A DNA stretch of 64,000 bases from Acidobacteriota bacterium (GCA_963666215.2 CAXWPL010000005.1:1152001-1216000), one strand, 5' to 3'. Shown: positions 10,040 to 20,390, counted from the stretch's first letter. The notes: a model not told the origin generated them from the sequence alone. Made by a program: numbers and translations.

Positions 10040-11631
10040 GGAGCGGAATCGATTGCGGGTGTTTGCACACTCGCGGCGGACTCGAGATTGTCGACGGTGT
10101 CGGAGCTCTCCCCTCGCTCGAAATCCTCGAGAGTCTGAGCGATTGCCGCCCGAATGTCGTCGAGCGCCATTTGCATGCGATCCATGTGAGTCCGCATCGA
10201 AACGACGCAAACACGAATGACGAAGGCTCCATCGAGCAACGTGGCTGTGAGGTACACCCGCCCGCGCGCGTTGATGCGGGCCATGAGGTCGCGATTGAGC
10301 CCGTTGAGCACTCCGAGCGAGGCCCGATCACTGCCGTCGATCCCTGGTGGGACCAGGCGCCACGCGGTGACCGTGACCTGAGGAGCCGCAACGATCTCGA
10401 CGTGGTCGGTCTCCGTCAGCCGCGCCGCGATCCAGTCGCTGAGGTCTAACTTCTCGTCGAGGGCTGCTCGGAAAGAGCCGAGGCCGTATAACTTCATCGG
10501 CAGCCAGACGCGGAGGCCGCGGAAGCCGCGCGAGAGCTCGGGCGAGATCTCGCAAAAATCGACCAGGTCGGGGTCGTCTTGAATCGTCGGCATATAGTCG
10601 GCACTCACCGAATGAGCGCGCCGCAGAGCCTCGCCATCACGCACCAGCAGGCAGCCCGATCCATACGGCAAGAAAAGCGTCTTGTGCGAGTCGAGCACGA
10701 GCGAGTCGGCTCGTTCGAGACCTTGCAAGAAATTGCGGCCACGTTCGGTCATCGCGAAAAAGCCGCCGTACGACGCGTCAACATGCAGCCAGAGACTCTC
10801 GGCAGCCGCCAGATCGGCAAGCTCGGGCAGCGGATCGACGGCGCCAGAGTTGGTCGTGCCGGCGTTGCCAACAATGAGGAAGGGCTGCCAGCCATCGGCG
10901 CGGTCGCGCGCGATCGCTTCGGCCATCGCGCCGGCGTGCGCACGAAAAGCCTCGTCGCTGGGGACCGATCGTACGTTCCCGGGCGGGAACCCTGCGAGCA
11001 TCGCGGCCTTGAGCACCGAGTGGTGAGTTTGGTCGGAAACGTAAATCGTGCCGCGCAGAAAATCGTCGGGCAAGCGCTCGCGCCGTGCCGTGGCGATGCC
11101 CGAGAAGTTGGCGAGCGACCCGCCGGAGGTCAGAAAACCGCGTGCCTCGGGCGGATAGCCGACGATCTCGCCGAACCAGCGCACGACGTTGGCCTCCAGC
11201 TGCGCCAGTGCGGGGGCGGCGGCGAACACACCCACGTAACGGTTGACCGCGTCGGCGATGAAGGCGGCTAGCGCCGAGGCGAACAGGCCTCCCCCGGGAA
11301 TGTAGGCGAGGTACCCGGGCGACGCCGTGTTGAACGACTTGGGGATCGCACGGTCGAAAAGAAGCTCGAGCAGCGGGCCCAGATCGGATCCGAGCTCAGG
11401 AACCGACTCGCGGAGCGCGCGCGCCACCTCCTCTGCGCCATCGACGTTGGCAGCGCGCTGCTCGCCGAGTGACGCGATGTGCGGCAGCACACGGGCGACG
11501 GCGGTGTCGACGAGACAGCGCATCTCCTCGAGATCGGGCTCGAGCGCGTCCCAGCCACGACCGGCTGGAGGCGACCGTTCGCCCTCGTCTGTTTCGCCCG
11601 CCACACCGGCGGCAACCGTGGCCTCTCGCAT
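10036..11631 (-). CDS. Group II PLP-dependent amino acid decarboxylase (aromatic-L-amino-acid decarboxylase-like)
   Basis: TSGGSLAN, HHSV.KA, GTTNSGAVD, WLHVDASYGG, DSHKTLF (PLP Lys), PELSR.FRGL. Confidence 0.9.
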   Translation of the reverse strand: MREATVAAGVAGETDEGERSPPAGRGWDALEPDLEEMRCLVDTAVARVLPHIASLGEQRAANVDGAEEVARALRESVPELGSDLGPLLELLFDRAIPKSFNTASPGYLAYIPGGGLFASALAAFIADAVNRYVGVFAAAPALAQLEANVVRWFGEIVGYPPEARGFLTSGGSLANFSGIATARRERLPDDFLRGTIYVSDQTHHSVLKAAMLAGFPPGNVRSVPSDEAFRAHAGAMAEAIARDRADGWQPFLIVGNAGTTNSGAVDPLPELADLAAAESLWLHVDASYGGFFAMTERGRNFLQGLERADSLVLDSHKTLFLPYGSGCLLVRDGEALRRAHSVSADYMPTIQDDPDLVDFCEISPELSRGFRGLRVWLPMKLYGLGSFRAALDEKLDLSDWIAARLTETDHVEIVAAPQVTVTAWRLVPPGIDGSDRASLGVLNGLNRDLMARINARGRVYLTATLLDGAFVIRVCVVSMRTHMDRMQMALDDIRAAIAQTLEDFERGESSDTVDNLESAASVQTPAIDSAP

Positions 11632-11660
11632 GAGGCCGTATCTTCTACTATTGCCTGATC

Positions 11661-12389
11661 ATGTGTGGTCGCTTCACTCTCCGCTCGCCCGCCAACATCC
11701 TCGCCGACTACTTCGGCCTCGACTCGCTCTCCGAGATGGTGCCGCGCTACAACATCGCGCCCACGCAGCCGGTCGGCACGATTGACGTCGACGGTGCGGA
11801 AGACGGTAGGCGCCAATGGAGGGAGCGCCGCTGGGGGCTGATTCCCCACTGGGCCGACGACGCCAAGATCGGCAGTCGCATGATCAACGCGCGTGCCGAA
11901 ACGGTTGACAGTCTGCCGGCGTTCCGCGACAGCTTCCGGCAGCGGCGCTGCGTGGTGCCGGCCGATGGGTTCTACGAGTGGCAGCGAATCGACGATGGCG
12001 GTGGCGGCCGCTCGAGTAACAGGCGGCAGCCGTACTTCCTTCATCTCGCCGACGAGCAGCCCTTCGCCATCGCCGGGCTGTGGGCCAGCTGGCGTAACCG
12101 GCGCAAGGACACCCGTGTCGAGTCCTGCACACTGATCACCGTGCCCGCCAATGAACGTGTAGCCGAGATCCACGGTCGCATGCCGGCCATCCTCGAGCGA
12201 CAGTCGATCGAGGCTTGGCTCAACCCGGAAACGCCCTCGAGCACCCTGCTCGACCTGCTACAACCGTGTCGAGCCGACCGCATCGAAACGCGTCCGGTGA
12301 GCGCGCTGGTGAACAGTCCGCACAACGAATCGGCGGCATGCGTCGATTCGGTTACTGCCGCACCGCGGCCTCTCCGCCTGTTCGACTGA
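11661..12389 (+). CDS. SOS response-associated peptidase (SRAP/HMCES, abasic-site protection)
   Basis: N-terminal MCGRF, RYNIAPTQ, INARAET, GFYEW, HGRMP. Confidence 0.95.
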   Translation: MCGRFTLRSPANILADYFGLDSLSEMVPRYNIAPTQPVGTIDVDGAEDGRRQWRERRWGLIPHWADDAKIGSRMINARAETVDSLPAFRDSFRQRRCVVPADGFYEWQRIDDGGGGRSSNRRQPYFLHLADEQPFAIAGLWASWRNRRKDTRVESCTLITVPANERVAEIHGRMPAILERQSIEAWLNPETPSSTLLDLLQPCRADRIETRPVSALVNSPHNESAACVDSVTAAPRPLRLFD

Positions 12390-12577
12390 GCTGACCAGCC
12401 CGGCCCCCCGGCAGGTCGTGGTGTCCGAACGGCGATGCCATCGGAGCGCGCTTCTGGACGCGTCCGTCCGCGCTCGCCGAGCTCGAGCACTTTTCGGATT
12501 GTCTCGGCCTCGAATCGACGTCTACGCTGCGTATCAGCCCGCAACGGAGACCCGTCACCTGTCCAGTGACCTGCGCT

Positions 12578-13591
12578 ATGCATGAACTCGAGCTATTCGC
12601 GACCTGCCCGGAATCCGCCGAGGACGACACCGACTCGTACTTCCGAGCGGTCGTCGACGCGGCCCGGATGAGCGAAGAGACTGGTCACGCCGGCTTTCTC
12701 ATCGGCGCCGGCTACCACCTGCCCGATCCCTGGCTCGTGGCTCAGGTGGTACTCCAGCACACGGAGCACATTCGCCCGATGATCACGGTACAGCCGGGGA
12801 ACGAGCCTCCCTGGGCCGTGGCAAACCGCGTCGCTTCGTTGGCGAGACTGCACCAGAGGGGCGTTCACCTGCATCTCACCGCCGGAGGGCTGTGCGAGCA
12901 CGGTACATCGCCGAGCGACCCGCTCAATCGCGAGGCACGTTACGACCGCCTCGTCGAGTTCGGCACCATCGTGCGGCAGCTACTGACCGACTCGGAGGCC
13001 ACCGTGTACGAGGGCTCATTCTACCAACTGTCGCATCCGAGCCTGGCCGCGAACATTCCGATTGACCTGCACCCCGAGTTCTTCATGGCGGCAAGCTCAC
13101 GGACCGGCAAGCGCGCAACGCTGACGCTTCACGCAACCTCCATCGAATTGCCCACCATCGGGTCGCCTCGACCAACCGACGAGCCCGCGGACGCCTCAAC
13201 GATGCGCGTGGGTGTGGTGGCGCGCGACACCGAAGCAGGTGCGTGGGATGTCGCTCATCGCCGCTTCCCGACCCACGGAGCCACTCGCGTGCACCGCCGA
13301 CTCGCGGCCACCCTCAGTGACTCGGCTTGGCTCCGACAACTCGCTGAGCTCGGTCACGACGAGGGGAATCAGACGCTCTGGATGACGCCGTTCGAGAGCG
13401 GCCACAGCTGGTGCCCGTATCTGGTCGGCGACTACCGTGCCGTCGCGCGGCACCTACGAGGCTTCATGGAGGCCGGCTGCCGCCGCTTCCTGCTCGACGT
13501 AATTCCCTCGCGCGACGATCTGGCCCACACCCACATCGCCTTCCGCAAGGCGTGGGCGCGACTCGACTCACCGCTCACCATCACCGGCTAG
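12578..13591 (+). CDS. LLM-class flavin-dependent oxidoreductase (SsuD-like)
   Basis: DPWLVAQ, VQP, RYDRLVEF, EGSFY, CPYLVG motifs of luciferase-like monooxygenases. Confidence 0.75.
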   Translation: MHELELFATCPESAEDDTDSYFRAVVDAARMSEETGHAGFLIGAGYHLPDPWLVAQVVLQHTEHIRPMITVQPGNEPPWAVANRVASLARLHQRGVHLHLTAGGLCEHGTSPSDPLNREARYDRLVEFGTIVRQLLTDSEATVYEGSFYQLSHPSLAANIPIDLHPEFFMAASSRTGKRATLTLHATSIELPTIGSPRPTDEPADASTMRVGVVARDTEAGAWDVAHRRFPTHGATRVHRRLAATLSDSAWLRQLAELGHDEGNQTLWMTPFESGHSWCPYLVGDYRAVARHLRGFMEAGCRRFLLDVIPSRDDLAHTHIAFRKAWARLDSPLTITG

Positions 13592-13628
13592 CGGGCTCAC
13601 GCTGGCCGCCTGCCGGCCCGATTTCGGT

Positions 13629-14669
13629 CTATTGCGGGCGTAGAGCCGTGGCTGCGGCCGCGACAACGGCAGCGGTCACGCCGAGCAGGCCTTCGTCGAG
13701 CTGCAGATACGATTCCTCGCGGCTCAGCTCGCCCGGGTCGAGGCGCTCGAGCATGACGACGTAGACGATCACGTCGTCGCCTTTCTCCCAGAACCCGGTA
13801 TTGATGCGTACTTGCGGGTCGCTCGTGAGAGAGCCTCCCTTGGCGTACTGGCGGCCGAGCTCCGGATCGTCACCGGCACGGAGGATCTCTCGCATCGGTT
13901 CGTAGAGAGCCGGGTCGATCCCGGGGATGTTGCCCGCCGCGATCCCCCGTAGAACAGCGGCAAGCCCTCGCGCTGTCGCCTCGTTGTCGCCGGTGACGTG
14001 GCGAGCAGCGAGCATGTAGCGGCGCGACGCCAGGCCTGCCGCCCACTCCGGAGACCGAGCCCGGAGCCGTTCGGTAACTCGCTCCGGGCCACCGAGAGCA
14101 GCCGTCACAACGTTAGCGGCTGCGTTGTAGACAACATTGGGCACATCATCGCCGCGAATCATCGTGCGCGCGATCTGCCGAGTATCCGCAAACTCGAGGT
14201 GACTCTTGATTTCCGCCCGTTGGGCGTCGTCGAAATGCACCACGGCAGGATGACTGGCGTCGTTGACGACCGATGCAACGATGTCGAGCCGCTGGTCGAG
14301 CCCCATCTCGAGCCCGGCGTCGTCGGCCGTGCGCCCGACCATGTCGAACAACTCGACCATATAAGCCGACTTGATCGCACTCGCGGATGCTCGCCAGACA
14401 TCCGCGTTGCGCTCATACCAGGCCTCGTCCTCGACGCCACCGACCCACACACTGACCTCGATGCCCGACTGGTAGCCGGCGAGAATCGTCGCGATCTCGG
14501 CGTCGAGCGTAGCGGCGTCGCCCGTCGTGGAGTTGAGGCGCGGCGCGGCAGGGTCGGGAGTTGCTGGGATTGGCGGCGCCTGCGCGGTGCCGCAGCCAAC
14601 CAGGAACGCCGCGCACACCGAGCCAAGTACGGCGGAACAACTTGCCCTTGTGAGTTGGCTCGCCGGCAC
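13629..14669 (-). CDS. Serine hydrolase, class A beta-lactamase-like fold, lipoprotein
   Basis: SASAIK (SxxK), N.AAN, N.ATAR, AKGG (KTG-like); lipobox LVGC. Confidence 0.7.
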   Translation of the reverse strand: MPASQLTRASCSAVLGSVCAAFLVGCGTAQAPPIPATPDPAAPRLNSTTGDAATLDAEIATILAGYQSGIEVSVWVGGVEDEAWYERNADVWRASASAIKSAYMVELFDMVGRTADDAGLEMGLDQRLDIVASVVNDASHPAVVHFDDAQRAEIKSHLEFADTRQIARTMIRGDDVPNVVYNAAANVVTAALGGPERVTERLRARSPEWAAGLASRRYMLAARHVTGDNEATARGLAAVLRGIAAGNIPGIDPALYEPMREILRAGDDPELGRQYAKGGSLTSDPQVRINTGFWEKGDDVIVYVVMLERLDPGELSREESYLQLDEGLLGVTAAVVAAAATALRPQ

Positions 14670-15934
14670 TCAGCTCGCCCCGTGATAGCGACGGGAAGCG
14701 TCGCCGCTCTGGCCCTGGCCCTCGAGTGGCGGGCCCTCTGGTGGCCAGCGCCCCGACTCGAAGTCGAGCCAGCGCGCAAACAAAGCGTTGGAGTAGTCCA
14801 GCATCAGCTTGTCACCCTCTTCGAGGGTTCGGACGGTCTCCACGAGCACCCTGGGATAGCCGCCGCGGGCCACCGTGATGAGCTCGATGGCGCCGTCGTA
14901 GGCCGCTTGGTAGTCGGTGGCGACGAAACGCACCGTGTCGTCGGCGTAGTCGATGCCAGGAACGCCGTCGAGCATCGCGAGGCTCGCTGGCGCCACCACG
15001 CGCACGGCGGCATCGATGGGCGTGGTGAGCGTCATGGCTCGAGCGGCAGCGCGATTGCCGATCGCCCGTGCGGCGGCACCTTGCATCTCCGCGTGAACCT
15101 CTTCGACGGGTCGCAGCGCTGCACTCGAGGCGCTGGTGGCCGTCTTCACCGTGACGAATTCGAGCCACGGCATCGTGGCCACGTCGGCGGCAAGCCGATC
15201 GTCGCCGGAGCCGAGATCACCGGCACCCCGACGCGACCCCACGAGTAACCCATGATCTCGGTCTCGGTGATCTCCATGCCGTTCATTTCAATCGCGATGC
15301 CCAGCGTGTAGGTGTGCGAGGCAAACCCACCACTCCCCGTCTTGGCGTGCATGCCCACCACAGCAACCGCGTCGTAGACCCCCGGTTCGACCAGGTCGAC
15401 ATACTGACGGAAGGGGGTTTCTCGAAAGACCATTTGCGCGCGAGCGTCGAGCTCGTCGAGCAGCAGATCGGGCTCCGGGTTGCCGCTGCCGTGCGCGTCG
15501 ACGACATGAACCTCATCGGCGCCGCCCTGATAGAGCCCCGCGATCACCGCGTTCACGTCGTCGGTGAGATAGCGGCGGCCCCTGACATACTTGTCGGGGT
15601 GGGAATATCGGAAGGTCTCGGTGTCGTCCTGGCCGGCCAGCCCTTCCATGTCGTGGTAGACGAGCACGCGCAACACGCCGTCATCGTCGCTGGCGGGATC
15701 GAACAGGGCCCGTCCCGACTCCTGCTCGAGCCCGGTCGCCCCGTCCGGGACCTCCGATGTATCCGACGACCCGGGCTGGTTTGATGCGAGCTCCACCACG
15801 GTCTCGGGCGCGCAGGCCGAACTGAACCCGGCCATCAGTGCGAGAGCCGCGACCGCGACCCGCCGCGCCGACGTGGCGTCAGCTCGGTCCGCACCTCGCC
15901 GGAGAGCGTTAGCGGCGCTATTCGTTCGCGGCAC
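14670..15934 (-). pseudogene. M55 family D-aminopeptidase (DppA-like), lipoprotein, split by a 1-bp frameshift near 15213
   Basis: DMEG, DAHGSG, GMHAK, SHTY motifs; adding one T restores GVPVIFGSGDDRL and joins ORFs 15146-15934 and 14670-15242. Confidence 0.85.
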
Positions 15935-16387
15935 GTCGTTGAATCTCCTTGTCGAGGCTCGAGAGCGCCTGCTTGGTCAGCATGCGCCCAGTGGTCTCGA
16001 GCAGTCGTTGCCCCAGTCCCGCGATGCGACCGCCGATCTGCACTTCGACGGCGTAGCGCATCAAGGTCGCCTCGGCTTCGCTTTCCCGTCGTCAACCGCT
16101 TCGAGCCGAATCTCGCCCTCTCCTTCCATGAACCCAACCGGGCCCCGACCCGACATCTTCATGCGATACGACTCCGGTGCGCGCAGCTCCGAGAGCGCCA
16201 CGCCGCCCTCGAACTTGCCCTGCACCGGACCGATGCGCATCCCTAGCGACCCCGAGTACTCGTTCTCCGCCGTCTGCTCGAGCTTGCCGAAGCCCGGCAG
16301 CGTGGAGCCCAAAACCTCGGGATCGAGCAACGCCTCCCAAACCCTCCGGCGTGGCGCCTCGAATCGATGTTGCCCGCCGATCTTCAT
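15918..16387 (-). pseudogene. coxG: CoxG/SRPBCC family protein, 1-bp frameshift near 16085
   Basis: VWEALLDPEVL...LPG, IGPVQGKF; continues after a shift in a G-run as YAVEVQIGGRIAGLGQRLL to stop at 15918. Confidence 0.8.
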
Positions 16388-16426
16388 GGCCGCGCATGTT
16401 AGTCGATGCCGTACACTCGGGCACCG

Positions 16427-17746
16427 ATGAGGGTCAAACCCCTCTACCGCATCGATGAGCGCCCACCAACATGGTGGGAGTCGCTGCTGTACGGCTGGCA
16501 GCACACGCTGGTCGACATCTCGCCTTTCGTGCTGCCGCTGGCGGTCGCCGGAGCGCTCGGAATGAACGCCAGCGAGCGCGCCGAGCTGATCAACTTCTCC
16601 CTCGTCGGGATGGGACTCGCGACGCTCATCCAGACGACGATCGGCAACCGCCTGCCCATCATCCAGGGGCCGTCGGCGACGCTCATCGGCACCCTGGCGC
16701 CGGTGGCGGGACAGCTGGGGGCGCCGGCGATGTGGGGCGGTGTGTTCCTCGGTGCCCTGGCCGAGACGGCGATCGGCGCTTCCAGGACACTAGGCTCGCT
16801 GCGACGGCTCTTCCCGCCAGTGGTATCCGGCGTGGTCATCCTGAGTATCGGACTCTCGCTCGGCCAGCTCGCGGTAAGGCTTTCGGTAGGCGACGGATCG
16901 AGCGCCAACTTCGCCTTCGCGGCGGCCGTCATCACGCTGGTTCTGTTGCTTCAGGTTGGCGGGCGCAACGTGCTCGGCGGCATCCTGTCGCGCGCGGCGA
17001 TCTTCATCGTTATCTGGACGGTCGGCCTCGGTGTTGGCGGCCTGCTGGGCAAGGTTGATTGGGCGCTCGTGTCCGCGAAACCCTGGTTCCAGCTGCCGCG
17101 GCTGTTTCCGTACGGCGGCCCCGGCTTCGGCTGGGAGCTCGGATTCGCCGCAACCCTCGCCGTCTTCGCGGGTTTCTTCGGCTCGATGGTCGAGTCGATT
17201 GGCGACTATGTCGCCACCTGCTCGGTGGCCGGCGAGCGCTTCGAAAACCGCCACATGAACCGCGGGATCTTCGCCGAGGGTCTGGGTTGTCTGCTCGCCG
17301 CCTGCCTCGGCGACCTGCCGTGCACGAGCTACACGCAGAACGTCGGCATCATCGCGACGACCCGCGTGGCGAGTCGTCACGTCGTCCGGGTCGCCGCGCT
17401 GATACTGCTCGCCTATGGACTCTGTCCAAAATTCGGCGCGCTGCTCGTCGCCATGCCGAGGCCGGTGCTCGGCGGCGTGTTCGTGATCGTCTGCGCCATG
17501 ATCTGCGCCACCGGGATTCGCATTCTCGCTCCGGCGCTCGAGAGCACGGCGAGCCAACTGACGGTCGGCGTCACGCTGGTGCTCAGCGTGTGCCTGCCGC
17601 TCTATGTGCAGAGCCGCCTGGGTCCAGACTGGCTGCAAACGCTACCCGATCTCGCGAGCCTGCTGCTGACGAATGCCGTTGTCCTGGCGGTGCTGACGGC
17701 GGTCGGGCTCAACGCACTGCTCGGCGAGCACGAACCCCACGCCTAG
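16427..17746 (+). CDS. NCS2 nucleobase:cation symporter (xanthine/uracil permease family)
   Basis: GWQH, NRLPIIQGPS, FPPVV.G, ESIGD, signature TSYTQNVGII..TRVASR, PKFGA. Confidence 0.92.
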   Translation: MRVKPLYRIDERPPTWWESLLYGWQHTLVDISPFVLPLAVAGALGMNASERAELINFSLVGMGLATLIQTTIGNRLPIIQGPSATLIGTLAPVAGQLGAPAMWGGVFLGALAETAIGASRTLGSLRRLFPPVVSGVVILSIGLSLGQLAVRLSVGDGSSANFAFAAAVITLVLLLQVGGRNVLGGILSRAAIFIVIWTVGLGVGGLLGKVDWALVSAKPWFQLPRLFPYGGPGFGWELGFAATLAVFAGFFGSMVESIGDYVATCSVAGERFENRHMNRGIFAEGLGCLLAACLGDLPCTSYTQNVGIIATTRVASRHVVRVAALILLAYGLCPKFGALLVAMPRPVLGGVFVIVCAMICATGIRILAPALESTASQLTVGVTLVLSVCLPLYVQSRLGPDWLQTLPDLASLLLTNAVVLAVLTAVGLNALLGEHEPHA

Positions 17747-17747
17747 C

Positions 17748-18790
17748 TGTGTTTTCTAAGTAGGTTGTTCACATCGGGGCTCACTTCTGAGATCAATGGG
17801 GTTGTTCAAAAGACTCCACGACCTCAGAAGGAGCGCCCGATGCAGCTGCATGGTAACGCCCGCACGACGCCGTATATACGCCGAGAGATGGTCCGCCGAG
17901 TCCGGGAGCGGGCGGAGCCCGTGACGGAAACGGCGGCGGCGCTCGGCGTGTCGGCTCGAACGGTTTACAAGTGGCTGGATAGATACGAGCGAGAAGGTGA
18001 GGCCGGGCTGCTCGATCGATCAAGCCGGCCGACGTGCTGTCCGCACGCAACAAGCGCTGGAGTTGTGAGGCAGATCGACAAGCTACGTCGGCGGCGACTG
18101 ACGGCCTGGCAGATCAGCCGAAGGTTGGCTGTGCCGCGCTCGACCGTCTCGGCGTGGCTGAAGCGGCTCGGACTCGCCAAGCTTGATGCGCTCGAGCCCA
18201 AGCCCGAGATCGTTCGCTACGAGTACGAGCACCCCGGTGACCTACTGCACCTGGATACGAAGAAACTGGCCCGTATCCGGCGACCTGGACACCGCATCCA
18301 CGGCGACCGCTCCAAGCGGGCCTACGGCGTCGGCTGGGAGAACGCCCACGTCGCTATCGACGATCACTCTCGGGTGGCGTACGTCGAAGTGCTGCCCGCC
18401 GAAGACCAACACACCTGCACAGCGTTCCTGCAGCGAGCCGTCGAGCACTTCGCTTCGATGGGAGTAGCGGTGCGCCGAGTGATGACAGACAACGGGCCTG
18501 GCTACGTCTCGAAGCGCTTCAATCGCCTATGCCATCAACTCGAGATCCGGCACATTTACACCCGGCCCTACACCCCCAGAACCAACGGCAAAGCCGAACG
18601 CTTCATCCGCACACTCAAGGAGCAGTGGGCCTACGGCACCTGCTACCAGACCTCAGCTCGACGTACTCGAGCTCTACGGCCCTGGCTCAACCACTACAAT
18701 CGTCACCGTCCCCACGCCGGCATCGGCATGACACCGCCGATCGCTCGGCTCTCAGGGGTGAGTTCGTGAACAACCTACCTAGAACTCACA
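17748..18790 (+). mobile_element. IS481-family insertion sequence, 1043 bp, apparently intact
   Basis: TGT...ACA ends; IRs TGTGTTTTCTAAGTAGGTTGTTCAC vs TGTGAGTTCTAGGTAGGTTGTTCAC (22/25); 6-bp target duplication CCTAGC at 17742-17747 and 18791-18796. Confidence 0.97.
17840..18769 (+). CDS. IS481-family transposase
   Basis: H.NAR.T, HTH, DRSSRP, HLDTKKL, VMTDNG, TNGKAERF (DDE); AGGAG RBS. Confidence 0.97.
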   Translation: MQLHGNARTTPYIRREMVRRVRERAEPVTETAAALGVSARTVYKWLDRYEREGEAGLLDRSSRPTCCPHATSAGVVRQIDKLRRRRLTAWQISRRLAVPRSTVSAWLKRLGLAKLDALEPKPEIVRYEYEHPGDLLHLDTKKLARIRRPGHRIHGDRSKRAYGVGWENAHVAIDDHSRVAYVEVLPAEDQHTCTAFLQRAVEHFASMGVAVRRVMTDNGPGYVSKRFNRLCHQLEIRHIYTRPYTPRTNGKAERFIRTLKEQWAYGTCYQTSARRTRALRPWLNHYNRHRPHAGIGMTPPIARLSGVSS

Positions 18791-18806
18791 CCTAGCCAGG
18801 TGCGGG

Positions 18807-20390
18807 TCAATCGCCGAACGTGACCCCCTGCGCCAGGGGCAGCTCGGTGCTCCAGTTGATGGTGTTGGTTTGCCGCCGCATGTAGACCTTCCAGGCGTCG
18901 GAACCCGACTCGCGACCGCCGCCGGTTTCTTTTTCGCCGCCGAAGGCCCCGCCGATCTCGGCGCCTGAGGTCCCGATGTTGACGTTGGCGATGCCGCAGT
19001 CGCTGCCGCGATGCGACAGGAAGTTCTCGATCTCGCGGATGTTCTCCGAAAAGATCGCCGAAGACAGTCCCTGTGGAACATCGTTATGCAGGGCTATGGC
19101 CTCATAGATCTCGTCGACCGCCTCGGATGGCGACGCCGCCACGTTGCCATAGCCGATGATGTACAGGATCGGCGCGAAGGTTTCCTCCTGGACGATCGCG
19201 GCCTCGTTGGGAGCGCTCGCGATACACGGCCGCACGTAATGGCCCCCCGGGTAGTCGGGACCGTCGAGCTTCTCGCCGCCGTAAAGGATCTCGCCACCTT
19301 CCTCTCGGATGCGGACGATGGCGTTCTGCATGTCGTCAACGGCACCATGGTTGACAAGCGGCCCCATCAGCGTCTGCGGGTCACGCGGATCGCCGACGAT
19401 GATGCCCTCGTAGGCCTTCACCAGCCGAGCCACGAGCTCATCGCGCACCGACTCGTGGACGATGATCCGGCGTGTCGACGTGCACCGCTGACCGGCGGTA
19501 CCAACGGCGCCGAACAGAATCGCCCGCAACGCCAGATCCATGTTGGCGCTCGGCGTGACGATGATGGCGTTGTTGCCGCCAAGCTCGAGAATCGTGCTGC
19601 CAAGACGACGTCCAACAACCTCGCCAACGTGATAGCCGACCGCGCACGATCCCGTGCACGAGATCAACGGCACCCGGCGGTCGTGCAGCATGCGCTCGCC
19701 GACGGCTGAGCCCTTGCCGATGGTCAACGAAAAGATCGCCGGGTCGACGTCGTTGTCGGCGCAAACCTGCGCGGCGATCTTGGTTACCGCAACCGCCGTC
19801 AAGGGCGTCCCGCTGGCCGGCTTCCACACCGTGCTGTCACCACAAACCGCCGCGATCGCTGTATTCCAGCTCCAGACTGCGACTGGAAAATTGAACGCCG
19901 TGATCACGCCAACGACTCCGAGCGGATGCCACTGCTCGTACATCCGGTGGTCCGGGCGCTCCGAGTGCATTGCCAGCCCGTAGAGCTGCCGCGACAGTCC
20001 GACAGCGAAGTCGCAGATGTCGATCATTTCCTGCACCTCGCCCTGCCCCTCGGTGGCGATCTTGCCCATCTCGAGGGTCACCAGGGCGCCCAGCGCCTCT
20101 TTCTTCTCTCGCAGCGCGTTCCCGATCTGTCGAACGATTTCCCCGCGACGCGGCGCCGGCACCTTGCGCCACTCCAAGAACGCCTGGTGGGCGCGGTCGA
20201 CGATGCGGTCGTACTCTTCCTCGGTGACCTGCTGGACCTTGCCGATCAGCGAGCCGTCGGTCGGGGTGAAGACCTCGAGCACGGGACCGGAACCTAACCA
20301 CTCGCCATCGAAACCACCGAGATTGAGCTCGTGGATACCGAGCGTCTCCAGGGTTGCGTGGGCGGGACGGGCTGCTACGGCTTCCGTCAT
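18807..20390 (-). CDS. Aldehyde dehydrogenase family 7 (alpha-aminoadipic semialdehyde / piperideine-6-carboxylate dehydrogenase-like)
   Basis: GEVQEMIDICDFAVGLSRQL, AFNFPVAVW, LELGGNN, GQRCT, EIGGAFGGEKETGGGRESGSD. Confidence 0.93.
   Translation of the reverse strand: MTEAVAARPAHATLETLGIHELNLGGFDGEWLGSGPVLEVFTPTDGSLIGKVQQVTEEEYDRIVDRAHQAFLEWRKVPAPRRGEIVRQIGNALREKKEALGALVTLEMGKIATEGQGEVQEMIDICDFAVGLSRQLYGLAMHSERPDHRMYEQWHPLGVVGVITAFNFPVAVWSWNTAIAAVCGDSTVWKPASGTPLTAVAVTKIAAQVCADNDVDPAIFSLTIGKGSAVGERMLHDRRVPLISCTGSCAVGYHVGEVVGRRLGSTILELGGNNAIIVTPSANMDLALRAILFGAVGTAGQRCTSTRRIIVHESVRDELVARLVKAYEGIIVGDPRDPQTLMGPLVNHGAVDDMQNAIVRIREEGGEILYGGEKLDGPDYPGGHYVRPCIASAPNEAAIVQEETFAPILYIIGYGNVAASPSEAVDEIYEAIALHNDVPQGLSSAIFSENIREIENFLSHRGSDCGIANVNIGTSGAEIGGAFGGEKETGGGRESGSDAWKVYMRRQTNTINWSTELPLAQGVTFGD

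Noticed and set aside
11661-13591. SRAP plus LLM as a prophage, defence or DNA-modification module
   Set aside because: No phage, integrase or mutagenesis genes nearby and the genes are about 190 bp apart; both commonly occur alone
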